Below are positions 43,601 to 58,600 of a stretch of 64,000 nt of DNA, in pieces; position 1 is the stretch's first letter; the number at the start of each line of letters is the position of its first letter. The position numbers were made by a program, and so were the translations under genes. The notes under the pieces are model-generated. The model was given only the letters and a program-made list of their open reading frames with translations. It was not told the origin of the DNA and did no database searches. Source of the stretch: Malacoraja senta (lineage: Eukaryota); NCBI GenBank assembly GCA_038087875.1, contig CM075994.1, positions 3,102,001 to 3,166,000 of the forward strand. The letters run 5' to 3'.

Positions 43601-46600
43601 ACTCCTTACCTGTAAATAAGCAAACTGTACAATCTGGAGTTCAAGATAATCTTTAATCAGTACCCATATTATAGCGGTACAGCTGGTCGTTAGTTGTTAG
43701 TTCATCGTTACCCCTTCCAAGACGAACCAATATAGGAAGTGGGTGTTAGTATGAATCATACAGTAAGGTGGGGTTAGTGATGCTACTCTACTATGATTGG
43801 TTCACATGCCACAACCAATCTACATCCTTCCCCGTAAAGAGCGAATATAGTTAAACACACATGTAGCTTTGAATTCAAACATACTCGCCATATCTGTCAG
43901 GCGGTCTACTAATACGGCCCGAACGCGTAAGCACCAAACCCTCTCCCACTTCGCCAGAAAAGTTAGAGGGAGGCGGTGAACCCGGAAGTGAGAAAGCAGC
44001 AGGGACACTCGTGGTGACCGACAGGGGGAGCATGCGGGAGAGATAGTGTTGTTGTTAGTCATAGCCACCGGTCGTGGTGGAGTGAGGGACATGCTGGAAC
44101 AAGTGGTGACCACGGCAGCAGACGGCTGTAACAGTAGAGGTGGAGCGAAAGGATCGGCTGGTGATTGTCGTGGTTCCATCACAGCTAGCAAGTGTTGGCG
44201 GCTCCGACGGTACAAGGCGCCATCGATGTCAACAAGGTAGAATCGGGGTTCTTTGGAGGGGCCAACAACGCAACCTAGACGGGAATGTCCCATAGTAGGT
44301 TGCAAACGGACGACTTGGCCCGGTAGTAGTGGTTTATGTGGTTTGCTGGACTTGTCATGTGATCGTTTCTGGATGTCGTGTTTCTCCAGGATGCGCTTCT
44401 GGATCGTGGCTGGCTTCAGAACTTGTGGCACCAGCTTCTGCTGGGCAATTGGTATCGGTGGTCTCGTTGTTCTGGACATCAGGCGTTGGGCTGGTGAGCC
44501 CAGGACCCCGTCTCTAGCGATGTTTATGAGGTTTAAACGGTCGAGGTACACATCTGACTTGGCTAGGTAGGCGCGTTCCATTAGCTGTTTTGCGCTTATG
44601 ACGGCCCGTTCATCGAGCCCGTTACTTTGTGGGTATTCGGGGCTGCTCGTGACATGGTGGAAATTCCATCGGTTAGCAAAGTGTTTGATGGCGTGACTGG
44701 TAAACTGACTTCCGTTGTCGGTCTGCAAGCGGACAGGGGGCGCCGAATGAGGAGAAGTGTCTCTGTAGCTTCTGAATTGCCATTTCTGATGTGATAGAGG
44801 GCAGTAAATCAAGTTCGAACCAGTTAGAGTAGGAGTCGACCAGGACTAGCTAATATTTACCGTGCCATTCTAAAATGTCTGCCGCCAGCGACGTCCAGGG
44901 CTGGTGGAGGTTGTTGTAGCAGGGGCTATCTCTGTTGGTGCGGCGCCAGACTGTTGCAGATGGGGCAGGAGGCTGTCCTGTCCCGTTTGTACTTGGCAAT
45001 GCCAGGCCAGTAAAACATATTCTGTGCGTGGGCCAGCGTGGCATCGGTGACTGGGTGGCCGCTGTGTGCCTCTTTGTAGTGTTCGTCACGTAAAAATGAA
45101 GGGATCACGACTTCGTGGCCCTTAACTATGACACCGGCATGTATTACCAGCTCATCGCGGACTAGGCAGAAGAACGGCTGCACCTCCAACGGTGTACTGG
45201 ATTGCCTGTCTGGCCAGCCTCTCTTGATTATGGATGAGAGTAGCTGGAGAGTGCCCTCTGCGGCTGTGCGTTCGGCTAGACGGCGCAATTGTTCCGTGTG
45301 AACGAAGGCAATGCTGAGAACCGTAAACTCGTCCTGTTCATAGGGGGTGTCCTTCGCTGGATGCCCGTGGTGCGCGAGAGAGGGTGTCAGCAAAGAGCAT
45401 GTCTTTACCCTTTTTGTAAACAATTTTGAAGTCGAATCGCTGGAGTTGCATCATCATACGCTGCAGACGTGCGGGTGCTGCGTGCATAGGTTTAATGAGG
45501 ATGGTCACAAGAGGTTGGTGGTCTGTCTCGACCGTGAAAACATTCCCAAAGATAAAGTCCTTGAATTTAAAACAAGCGAGGACCACAGCCAGCAGCTCTT
45601 TCTCGATCTGCGCGTAGCGCTGTTCGGTGATCGTCATGGTGCGGGAGGCATAAGAGACAGGACGTAGAGTCCCATCGGCAGACGTTTGTAGGCCGGCGGC
45701 GCCGAGCCCGTATCGTGAGGCATCGCAGGTAACCGTGACATGACTCCTCAGGTCGAAGAACGTCAAGGTGGGAGCGCTGGTCAGCCTCGATTTCAAAGAG
45801 TAAAATGCTTGTTGGTGTTGCTGGAACCAAGACCAGGCAGTATCCTTTCGAGTTAGTTGGCTCAGAGGGACACTCAGTTCACTGAGGTTCGGTATGAACT
45901 TTCCTAGATAATTCACCATACCCAGGAATCGTTGTGGGCTAAACACGTCGGTGGGGCTGGCATCTCTGGAGTGAAAACATGTCCAACATATGTGACCTCT
46001 GGAACCCTGAACTTGCACTTATTAAGGTTGAATTTCAGGTTGATTTGACGTGCCCGGTCCATGATAAGCTTTAGGTTGTTGTCATGCTCCGCTGTGTCTT
46101 TGCCATATACCAGGATATCGTCTACGATGATGGCACACGGAAATACCTGGAACAGCAGTTCCATATTTCTGTGGAAGACCTCTCTGGCCGAATTAATGCT
46201 GAATGGCATTCTGAGAAATTTGAATCTGCCAAACGGAGTGGCAAATGTGGTCACGTTTGATGAATCGTCATCTAGCGGTATCTGCCAAAACGAGCTTTTT
46301 GCATCGAGGACGGAAAATACTGTGCCTCGCCCGATCTGCGCAGCGACGTCCACAACAGTCCACATAGGATAATGTGGACGCCTCATGGCAGCGTTTAAAT
46401 CTTTTGGATTGATGCATGCAGGAGCTCGTTTTTATCCTTCTTAAGGGTGGCAACCGTCGTGGAACCCCAGTCAGTGGGTTCACTGATCACGGCTAGTATG
46501 CCTAAGGAGACCATGTTCTTTAGGTCAGACTCAATTCTGTCTTTCATAGCGTGTGACACGGTGGGGTGCCGGACGACTGGGTCAACGTTGCGCTCAACTG

Positions 46601-49600
46601 ATATCTTGTAGGTCACAGGCAGCTTGGCTAGTTTGCCATCGAACAGATCAGGGAATTCTTTTATCGGGTCCACAGATATCAGTAGCTTGTGAACGGACCG
46701 GTCAAAGGAGACCAACCCTAAGTCTTGGCACGCATGGATGCCCAGTAGAGTCACAGTCAGAATTCAAATCATTGAAAGTTAGATTCCTTGTGGTGTTTTT
46801 CAGCAAGCATTTGAAAATGGTTCTTCCCAGAGGATTCAAGACCTCCCCCCCCCCCCCATACGCATGTAAAGTGGACTTGTCTCTAGTCAAGACCTCGTTA
46901 TTCCTTATCTTGTTGTCGATGTGCACAGATGTTACATTCACGCGGGCACCGGTGTCTAGCTTGGCCATCACTGGCTTGTTATTAATTGTAATTTGAACAG
47001 AAGGATCCAGAATCTTACCAGCTGTGTGAAGGAATGTAGGCACAGTTGACTCCTCATATGTGTTAAATGAATCGTCCTCGTGGGCAGATTCGATCTCTTC
47101 TTGAGAATCAGGAATTGTTTGGTTTTGTTGCAACAGGTGCAGATTAGACGCTGAGCTGGAGGGTCTTTTCCCACGGGCCCTGCAAACGACGGCGAAATGC
47201 TTCATCATTTTGCAGTAATTGCAAGGCTTTCCGTAAGACGGACAAGTAGCTCGCCCCTTGTTGTGGAAGTAGTTACCATTAGGGCATCTCCGAGGGGGGC
47301 TCATTGGCGAATCCTGGATTAACCGGATGAGAGGGCTCAGTCATAAATCTTCTGTTATCGGTCGGTGTTTGTAGTCTGTTGAAACCCGTCAGGTTTATGG
47401 TCTTCTTCTCAGAGTCAAGCTGTTCGCTTCATGGAGCAGCAATCTCAGACATTCGACCGGAATGTATAGCTTGCTCAAGGGTTAAATCATCATTCCGCAG
47501 CAACTCAGTCCTCAGCTTCCGATCAGCCATGCCCGAGACAAGTCTGTTACGTATTAATTAATTCGTCATCATTTGAAAACGACATCTTTCAGCCATATAT
47601 TTTAAATCACATATAAATCTCTCTACTGGCTCATCAGGAAGCTGGTGTCTCGCAAATAATTTGGCTCTTTCTAAAATGCGGTTCGAGGTTACGTCGCATA
47701 GTTCACGAAATTTACGCAGTAAAACATTAGGGTCACACATAGACTCGGCAGGCACAACTACCTGATTGTTGTCGTCATGGACAGCTGGTGCGTATTCAAA
47801 AGTCGGAGCTCTCATCAGGGCTTCGGGTTTTATTTATTTTTGCAAGGATTTATTTTTCCAATGCAACTTGCAGTGGCGGACCGTAGCCAGGAAGTAGAAG
47901 CAGATTTCAATTATAAGCACGGCTGCCTTTATTTATCTTAATGTCGAAGTCCAATGTTTTTTATGGTTAGGGTCAAACATTTGAACAGGTCAAACTGATT
48001 TTTAACATATTGTGTCTATCATTTCTTGTGTACTATCATCTTCAACATTTATGTAATGCACTAAGAAGGTCACGAAAAATCAACGCATATGCATTACCTA
48101 AGATTTGAAATCAATATGCATGAAACGTTGATTTTTGTTTTACGAATCAAAGAGGATCAACTGAAAGAAAAAGAATCAGGTAATCTTCAATATCGGGGTG
48201 AATATGGCTGACTGGATCAATACAATCAGATGAAGATGCCACATACTTTGTAGTGGAATCTAGGATTAGAAAAGCAGAAGCATATTTCTGCGTGTGCACT
48301 ATCAAGATTGTTGATGTTAAGCTACACCAACTCCTTCTCTATTTTAGCAATCGACACTGGCAGTCTAATCGAAAGAAACTACTTCACACTCACTATCTCC
48401 TGCAGTGATTTTAATGAGTAATAATTATGTTTTACAATTACAAAATCAACCCCAATGGGACGAATGACAAGAAAATCATTGAAATATATTCATCAGAATA
48501 AAGAAAAGCAAAATAATGAATTACATTAATACAATCACAATATATATCTGCAAATGTCTGTGTCAACGTTTGCATGAACTAGTCTTACGAATGTTGACAA
48601 CAGGAATGAGGGAGGTGAAAAGTCAACTGCATTCGTTATCTTTATTTTTGTCATTTCACAAGAACCAACTTCAGGAAGCGATGAAGAATAGGTTTACACC
48701 CCATTATTTATTCATTTAGCTTGATGCAACAGACTTTCTCATCAGCTGAACTTTTGTTGAACTTTAATATTCTGCTGATGGCTACAATTCAATGGCCAAT
48801 ATTTTGCTGCAAATTAACATGCTAGAACTAAAATGACACGGCGCAAGTAATAAAGAAAGTACAATTACACGTGAAGAACTAGTAGCCGATTTTCTGTTTT
48901 ATGTTGCACTGCGAAGCAAGCCCGGGTGAAAGTGTATGTAAGATAATGACTGAGAAACCACACCGACGACTGTAGATATAGAAAGGTAGTCTAATATTTA
49001 CCATATCAGTGCACCTAATTATACCATGATTTTCCAACCCTGTGTGCTTTGCAAACTGAGTTGACATGTATACCACGTAGATGTAAGCAGAAGTATGAGG
49101 GTCAGACCTACTAATTAAATAGAGCATTATTTGTTCAGGAAAATGAAGAAAAATATTAATCCGAGATGCTGTGTGGCTACATGAATGGCAGGCAGAAAAG
49201 TTGGAAAATAATCCAGGTCTTTAGGCAGAAAACGAGTTTGATACAAAAAATATAGGATACTCAATCTCTTTCACAGTACAGGTAAATCTGGAGAGCATGC
49301 ATAATCTCACTGTAACAAGAGTGTAAAGAAATAAACAAATACTATTCGCTCGGTACATCGAAAATGTATTGCCTGTATTTCAATGATCAATATTAGCGTT
49401 TCATTCCAGAATCAAGACGTCTTGTACAAGCCCAAGAAAATTTAGGTCTGTATATAGGTTAGGCAGCAACTTTTCAACACGACTTTAACTGGATTACTAA
49501 ATTGAAATATTTGTATTGAGGGGCAATGTTTTTTTTATCTTATAGGGTTGCTAATGTATATTCCACTTAAAAGTATTGGTGGCACAATGTGAAGAATTCA

Positions 49601-52600
49601 TGCCCGTATCTTCATTGACTATCGTTAAAACAGTACAGAAATGTTGTGTGTTGCTATGGAATATATATCAGAGAAAGCACTATCTACAGAAACTGAAATA
49701 TACTTACAAACTGGCTTGTTTGTTTGCACTATATGCCCCGTAGAAGAACAACTGAGAGATAAAGCGGCAGGTAAACAGAATTAAAGCAAATCAAATTAAT
49801 GCAACTGTCCACCTAACCGTCGTGACCTTCTTTAATGAAATGGACATTGTCTCCCAATCAAACAATAATTATATATAATACAGAATCTCTGTCTTTCCAC
49901 ACGCTATCAGCCGTCGTTTCCTACATAGCCTGAGCAAGAGGATACATTAGAGCCGATGCTTCATGCCACGCACAATTCTACATCTGTTTGGAAGGCATAG
50001 ACACAAAATTGCTGAAGTGGTTGAAAAATGCAGCTCTCCCGTCAGTGATCAGTTTTCATAACAGCGAACAGGCATAGCGTGATCTGTCCCAAGTGCGATT
50101 TGATATATTGCAATGGATAAATCCAGAATTTAGTTATACAACTCTACCAAGCGGTACACCTATAGATGCTGGTGCACCCAGCGTCAGCAAACAGTAAAAT
50201 ATAAACAGTATAAGCATGAAACCCATTATGTATATACTGGGCATGCGAGCATCTAAACATTGGGCAGGCAAAGGAAATTCACTGGATAAAAGTAATAGAC
50301 ATTGTGGCATTTCTGGCTTGTCTTTTTCAATGCCATTGAATCTATTCACAGCCAACTTATTTTCTAGTTACATTCAGCCAACTTTTCGAATCCAAACTAT
50401 ATTGCATGAATTTGGAAAATAACTATAAAGCATCTGGTCGCTTCCAAGATAACAGTAAGGAAAATTACATTGTGGCATATGTATATCAGAGAAGATAGCT
50501 ATTGTGAACATTGGTGTAGGACCGTGAACTCCATGAATGGAAGCCACTCTTTGGAGATAAAGGGTTTTGCATTAAAATAAGAAGATCAATTGAGGATATA
50601 CATTTTTTTATTATTAGTTCATGAGGTCATTAGTGATAGAAGTAGAATTAGGCACTTCGGCCCATCATATTTATTCCTCCATTCCATCATGACTGATTTA
50701 TCTCTCCCTCCTAACCCCATTTTCCTTCCTTCTCCCAATAACCGCTGACAATTATAATAATCGAGTATCCATCCTTAAAAATATCCACTGACTTGGCCTC
50801 AACAGCCTTCTGTGGCAAAGCATTCCACAAATTCACCAGCATCTGCTTCAATAAATTTCTCCTCATCTCCTTCGTAAAAGTACGTCCTTTAATTCTGAGG
50901 CTATTAACTCTAGTCATAGACTCACCCACTAGGGGAAACATCCTCTCCACATCCACTCTGTCCAAGTTTTTCTATATTCTACATGTTTCAACCTGGTCCT
51001 CCTCAATCTTCGAAACTCCAGCGAGTACAGACCCAGTGCCGAGAAACGATCATCATTGCTGGGATCATTCTTGTAAACCTCATCTAGACCCTCTCTCAGT
51101 AAACACTGATAATCTCTGATAGCTGGAAATTATAGAAGGGAGAATACCATTTGTTTATCTGCTTCCCATCCACATGTGACGTTTCTGTCCTGGGCCTCCT
51201 CCTTTGCCACAGCTAGGCTTTTCGCAAGCTTGAGGAAGAGTACCTCACATTCCCTTTGCGTAGCTTATAATCCAACAATGTGAACGTTGAATTGTACAAT
51301 TTCAGGTAACCTGTACAACATATATCTCACCACCCCACCCCCATTTCTCGCACACATTCCCCGTTCTGCCTCTCCCTCCTTTGTGCCCAAATTTGGAGTC
51401 CCAATCCTGCAACACTACCCCCTCCCCCACAATCCTGCCCCATCCGCATTCCCTCCTCTGACGTTTCAATGCGCAAATCGTCAAGTCAGTTTGAATATCT
51501 GGCCCTTTTCTAACCTTCTATGCACCAAAATCACGCTAGTCTCTTTTACCAATACTCCAGCACGCTATGTGCTGACTCTCCTATCTCGCAGACCCCCCCC
51601 CTCCCCTCTACAATCAATCTGAGGAAAGGCCCCAACTCGAAACGTTAACTACACAAAATTCTCCAGAGATGCTCGCTCTCCCGCTGAGTTACTCTAGCAC
51701 ATTGTGCCTTTTATTATAAATTAGCATCTGCCGTTCATTGCTTCTACATCTAAATAAGAATACGTGCAAGTTAAAATGAAATGATATTTATTTGGCCTTA
51801 TAATTAGTAACTATTCATATTCATATTTGTTTATAGAAATAAGGCGATTCTTAAAGCTTCAACAAGAAGAAGGTCAGTATACAGAATTAAATCGTTCCAC
51901 ACATTGTTCAAACTGCAGTAGTTGAGACAGCTGACTCAATAACCAAAATCCTCTGTCGATCGACCGTGAGGTTGGGACAGTGCAATGCATTGTTGGTATT
52001 CTTTGAGTTATACTGTTAAAATATCGTATTTTTCTAACATATATTTCAATAGCGTGCTTCACATGGCGTAATGTATAATAATAACTCACATTCCCTTACA
52101 ATGGCTAAGCCGCGTTTATTTTCGCGAAACAATTTAAAACGCAATAATAGCTCATAAATAATATATTGCATAACTAATATTAACAGATGTTGACTGATAT
52201 TTCGATTACATGTTGCAGAAGATAAACTGAACCAAGAAAGAGCAGGTAAGAGCAGCGATATTGAACATATGCAGGAAGTCATGATTAGTGGTCAAGGAGG
52301 ATCATCATTCTGTGACGTGCAGAGTGTTTCTAAAACTGAAGTACTTTTGAGGTCCGGTATGCCACTAGTTTGTTATTTACAATTAATTAACATATTGTGG
52401 TGTACTCTCGCTGTAGGTATTAAAATACTACTGTTTGAACCCGCCTGGCGTCTGGCCTTTTCCTGACCTCGTCCAGGCCGCTACACTGGTGACCCCGCCA
52501 TTCATCACTCGTCGTGATGGATAGCAACGCTGTTGCACTCAAGCTCGCTACTCTGTGGACCGACGAGCCTGACATCTGGTTCCAGCAGGCAGATGCACAA

Positions 52601-55600
52601 TTTGCTGTGAGAGGTATTACAGCAGATGAAGTTAAATACTATTACGTGGTCAGCGCGCTTGACCAAGAGACTGCGAGGCGAGTTAAGCCTTTCCTCAGAG
52701 TCCCCCCCCCCCCCGGTAGCTAACAAATATAGGGGCCTTAAGGAATTCCTTATCAAGAAGTTTGGCCTTAGTGACTCCGAGCGGGCAACTCGGATTCTCC
52801 GAATGGACATCCTGGGCGACCGCCGGCCGTCTGCACTCCTGGAGTACATGCTCGCCCTAATGGGGGACCACGAAACTTGCTTTCTATTTAAATTCGCCTA
52901 CCTGCAGCAGCGACCGCCCGACATCCGCCTGCATCTGACCAGGCATCCCTTTACCGACATGCGGGCGCTGGCCGAACAGGCCGACGATCTGTGGATGTCC
53001 CGCCAGCGGAACCAGGAAGCGCTGATCGTCCTTCCCGCGGCGTTTGGAGGCTCAGAGCAGGTCGGGACCGCTATCGACTGCGTCTCCACTGCTCCCAGTC
53101 GGCCCCGGCGGCAAAATCCGGCCATTGGGCATTCCACTACAGGCACGTCCTTCCAGCACGGCCCGCCTGCAGTTCCGCCCAACGCCAGCAGACGTCGCTG
53201 GCGTTCAAACCAGCCAAATTGGCTTGCAGTTCCACAGGACGCCAGCAGAGGGGGTTGGTGCTACTACCGTCGCTGGGGAGCTGCAGCCAGGCAATGTCGA
53301 CCACCCTGCGTTTTGTGCTCTCGAGGTGTGTGTGTGTGTGGTGTACTCTCGCTGTAGGGATTAAAAGACTACTGTTTGAACCCGCCTGGCGTCTGGCCTT
53401 TTCCTGACCTCGTCCAGGCCGCTACAATTACAAGCGTGTTTTGGGTTAAACACTAAGTGCAATTGTTTCCACGCAACAGATTCATCGTGATTTAAATAAC
53501 AATTTAAATTATTATTTGCCACGAAAAATTGCGGCGTGCGTGGCAAGAATAGAATAATTGTTGGAAATCAGAATGCCATTTTGCTGAGCTGCATGACGTG
53601 CAAATGTACAAACTGATATATTGCGAAATAAAGCAAGAAAATATGAATGAAGATTCGCAGAATTCTAACGAGAGAAGTGAAGTGTGTGTGGTACTTTCTG
53701 AATCAACGTGGAATAAGTGACGCGGAATGGAATCTACATATGTATTAGATAGGGAAACTAAATTAATGAACAAAAAGTTAAAATTGTATCCAAGGTCTGC
53801 GGACGCCATGACTAACTTATGGCTCGTCGGTAACGCCGAATAACAATCTTTGTTTCAGAAACCAAACGAATGGAAAAAAATTATAACGATGCAGGTCAGT
53901 TTAAGGTTAAATATTCCCACATTTTTTTAGCAAAGCGTATTTGTTGCAAATGTCGAAGGTAGTAGATCAATGAGACTATAAGAAAGGAGCAGAATTAGGC
54001 CGTTCGACCCATCGAGTCTGCTCTGACATTCGATTTTAGCTGACCTATTTTCACTCTGAACCCTATTCTCCTGGCTTCTCCCTCAACCTTTGACGCGTTT
54101 ACTAATCAAAAACATATCAATCTCAGTTTAAAAAATACCCAATGATTAGCATCCTCCGCCGACTGTGGCAATGAATCCCATACTTTCCCTAGCTCTGTCT
54201 AAATAAATGTCTCCTTATCACCATTATAAGCATATGACCTCTATTATGAGGTTGTGCCCTCTGGTCCTAAGTAATGGAAACATCCTTTTAACGGAAACGT
54301 CTGATCTGTATCCAAACCTACCATAAATGAATGCTCTGACATGGCAAATACATTTTATCCCTGGCAGTTACGTTTCAATGCCGGACGTAGTTGTTGAATG
54401 TGTATGTGTAGGAAAGAACTGCAAATGTTGGTTTAAATCGAAGGTAGACACACAATGCTGGAGTAACCCAGCGGGACAGGAAGCACCTGTGGAGAGAAGG
54501 AATGGGTGATACAAAATGCTGGAGTTATTTTTTGTATTTTCATTGTTATATTGTTATATTGATATTGTTATATTTTAGTTGAATCTACAGGAAGGGAAAA
54601 TCCCTCTTCCGTTTATGGTGCCATGTTTGCATCTTCATGTTGATCTCGATTTATTTGTGGGAATGTTATGACGCACAATTGATTATCGTCAATGATCAGC
54701 ATAATTTAGCTACATAGTGTTTTCCCTTCCAACATCAACAAAAGTGCAAAATGAGATGACATATTTAAAAATATATATTGGTCAACTCGTGACTAATTTA
54801 GGAACGGCATAGAGGAATACAAAATAATATACCACAGATTCAGAAGTTAAAAATATTGGAATCTGACCAAGTGTCCCAACCCGAAACGTCAATTTTCCTC
54901 AGAAATGCTGCCTAATCCACTGAGTTAATCGAATACATTGTGTCTATTTTAGTGACACGTTCATATGTGTTGCTAAAATTATGTAACGGAAACCAATTGT
55001 GCACTCACACTATTATTGCAGTCTGTATATTTAACTCTATTTCTTGCAGAAGATAGACTGAAAAACAAAGACACAGGTAAATATAACTCACTAGTGCAGA
55101 TTAAAAACGTCTAGTTATCTTTGTTACATCGAAGGTAATAGCAAGTATCGCAGGGAGTTTCTAAGTCCTAATAAACTGGTAGATGTGACATCTCACTTCA
55201 CAGGCAGATGGAATTCGATCAGTCCAGGTTGGTAATGGTCTGCGAATTTCCTGCAACAGTAATCATTATTCCTTCCGCAAAGTGCCACATTTTTCCGAGT
55301 TCATCAAACGGAATTACGATTTTTTTACTGCGGACGCATTGAATTATTTGAACATAAACTCGATTTCGATGGAACATTGTGATGGGACGTCATAGAATCC
55401 TAGGCATTAGGAAATAAAACAGCACACTATATTGAAATAGCTTCGTTTCAAGGTGACATCGGTACAGAGCCAAAACAAACCATTTATGCATACACAGTAA
55501 AATACACAAATCTTCACCAGGTATAATTGTATTTAGTTGCAGTTCTCCTTTCGCACGTTTCAGAGTTTGCTGAAATATAAGTTGAAAATATATATTTGAA

Positions 55601-58600
55601 AAAATAAGTCAACCATATATAGTATTAGGGAAAAGGACGTCGGGAATAAAGATATTACTGAAAATAATCAGCAAACCATGAAATATCGTCGAAGAAATAA
55701 ACAGAGGTTTACGTCAATGGCCGTTAATCATAACTGGGTAAATGAAATCATTTTGTTGCTATGAAAGTGGAACCATATGACTGTGCGGGTGTGATTTTGC
55801 TGACATACTGTACTACAGAGACGGGAGCATTTATGAACTGGAATAGAATGAAAAGGACTCTTGAACTCAATGATGCAAAACGTAGCTATTGCTGGAAAGC
55901 AGAAGCAAAAAAGAAAGCTGGAAATACCTTGTAATTTTCCATTACGTCTCTCGAAATAAAACGTGGGATTTAATCTGGTAGGGGGAAAAGTAGTTTATTG
56001 TGGCAAAGTCTGGAAAACACTCTATCTGAAATTGTTGCTCCGTCTTGGGGGGCGCCGTCCTGTATGGGTATGGCAGCCCAGCCTGCAGCTGTGCGTTTTT
56101 TCACTTTTTTTTAATTTTTAGTAAGTTGAGTTTTTGTTTCTCGCAGCTCTAGTCTTTTTTATGTGGGGTGGGGGGAGAGGGGGAAACTGCTTTTCAGGGT
56201 CCCTACCTGGTCGGAGAGCCGGCATTTCTCCGGGCAGCACCTTCGACCCGTCCTCGCGGCCTACCAGCGTGCCTGGAGCGGCGTTCCCTGTCTGGACCGG
56301 CCAGAACATCGGCTTCGGCTGCGGCACAGCGCTGGAGCGCTATCGCGGTGCGGGCGATGCCTTGCCCGGGTCGCCGCGCTGGAAATCCGGTGAGCTGAGA
56401 CCGCCGATAAAAACATCGCGGAGCTGCGAGTCTGTGGAGCGGCCAGCTGCGGGCGGCGGCGCTGAACTTTACATCGGGAGTCTGGGATCTCTCGCCGAGA
56501 TCACCAGTGGTGGAGCCCCATCTAGCGCGGCCTGTCGGCTTCGGAAGCCGCGGTAAGGAAGCAGCCGTTCCAGGTATCCCAAGCCGCTGTGAGGATTCTC
56601 CCGACGCCCGAGCACCATCATCTGGCGAGAAGGGCCTGGAACATCGGGCCTCCGTAAAGGCGACTTCGGAGGCCAAAATAGGCCCGACTATGGGTGCACA
56701 TGGGGATGGGGACTGGACATTGTGCCTTCCCTCATAATGGGAACCATTGTGGGGGGATGTTTTTCATGTTTAAATTTCTTATTATTGTTATGTCTGAATT
56801 TTTTTTTAATGTGCAGCATTGGCAATAAGCATTTCACTACACCAATTGGCGTAAGGGACTAATAAGGGGCATTTGAACCTTTGAACCTTTGAATTCAATC
56901 TAAGGTGCTGATGTTTGTCTAAGTGGAATACTATGTGTATCTGTCTTGAGATTACATTCGTCTTGGTCCTAGTAACATACATATATTACATTAACGGATT
57001 ATGTAAATTCTGGACACCACTGCAAAGTGAACATATATGTTCTGCAAAGTTGTCCTCTTTCTATACAATACTTGTGACAAAGATAAACCAAAACATTAAC
57101 AAAAATCGGGGTATCTAAAAATTGTTTAAATCCTAAATGAGCACGGAGATGGGAAGTGAATCACAGAGGAAAGGAGAGTGTGGATACTTTTGCCTGGGAT
57201 ACTGAGCAACTGCTTCGCTCTATAGTTTTGTAGTTCACAGTTCACACGTTGCCACTTCGTTTACTTCGTTGCCTTCCAGTCCAGCATAAAACTTCATTTG
57301 ATTGCTTAACCCCTCCCCCCTTTCCAGCAACTGCAGTTTTAAATAATTATATTTTCTCCTTTATTCTGCTTTTTGTGTGAACGCCCCATGCCTCCAATCC
57401 TCCAGATCCTGTCTGCATGATGAACATTTCCATGACTCTATTTTAATTTCAAGATTTCAGCGCCTTCAGATGTGTTTTTTTTAAAACATTTCAACGACTA
57501 GATATTCAATTAGCCATATCCTACCATAGATGAATGCTGATGTTTGTTTAAATTTAAGTATTCGCGGAAACAGCTGCCGATGGACTTTGCACGGCAGTGC
57601 ATAGTGTGAGTATGTGTAAAAAATTTGTTTCGTGAACTGATTTGACTGGCTTAAATTTGTGTGGAGTCCTCCAGTGCCATTATGAGCTACGGACAAGAAT
57701 ATCATTTCTGCCATAGTTGGGAAAACAGAGAAAGGCACCGCGGGTGGGGAAAGGACCTGGTTCACGAGTGGGTTGATATGGTGCGAGAAGCGCGCCTCGG
57801 AAGGTATGAGGGCAGGAAAAAGAAACAGGGCATAGGGATGTATTCATCGAAGTTTGGAATATAATGTCTATACCGTTGGATTTTGTGCTATTAATGTGTA
57901 AGATGAGGTGCTGTCGTCCAGTTTGACATTACAAATACAAATCGATGTGTGAAAAAAAAAGAGTCATGTATACCAAACTAAAATAAAGCAGACTTAGTAT
58001 AGCGACAAGCGTCACAAGTATTAACTTTTCATTCTAGAAATAAAACGATTAAAAAGTTTTCAACTGGATCAAGGTCAGTCAAAAAATGAAGTGCGTCTTT
58101 ATTGAAAATCATGGATTTTTTACACTTACTATGAAAGTAAAAGAGACATTATTTGCCGAGTATGAATATTTCGAAGGATAATAATGAACATAATATAGTG
58201 TTCGTTTTTTCTCGGCCGGTATTGTGCATTGCTCTGTACATTGATGCCGTCAAAACGCTGCAGTAATGTTGCTTTCAGCACCAGTTCTGTGTAACCTTTG
58301 GTTCTGAAAATAAACCGTATGTGTCAGGAATGAGATGAACGTCCAATCGAGATGAGGACTATAATTGAAATAGCGGTGGGGGTAAGAAGGGAGTGAATAA
58401 TATTGCATTTCTTGCCAAATCAATGCAAAACAGGAATGCCCGGAGAATCGGCATACGTTGAATTTGACAAAAAATATGACGTCCCACTGATGAGAGAGAA
58501 TCAATGTTTTATTTCCAACAACACCTCTATTTTGTCATCAGCTGGACCTCGATTCTTTCAAATAAGCATCGGATATGCGAAAAAGAATACGTAGTTGGGG

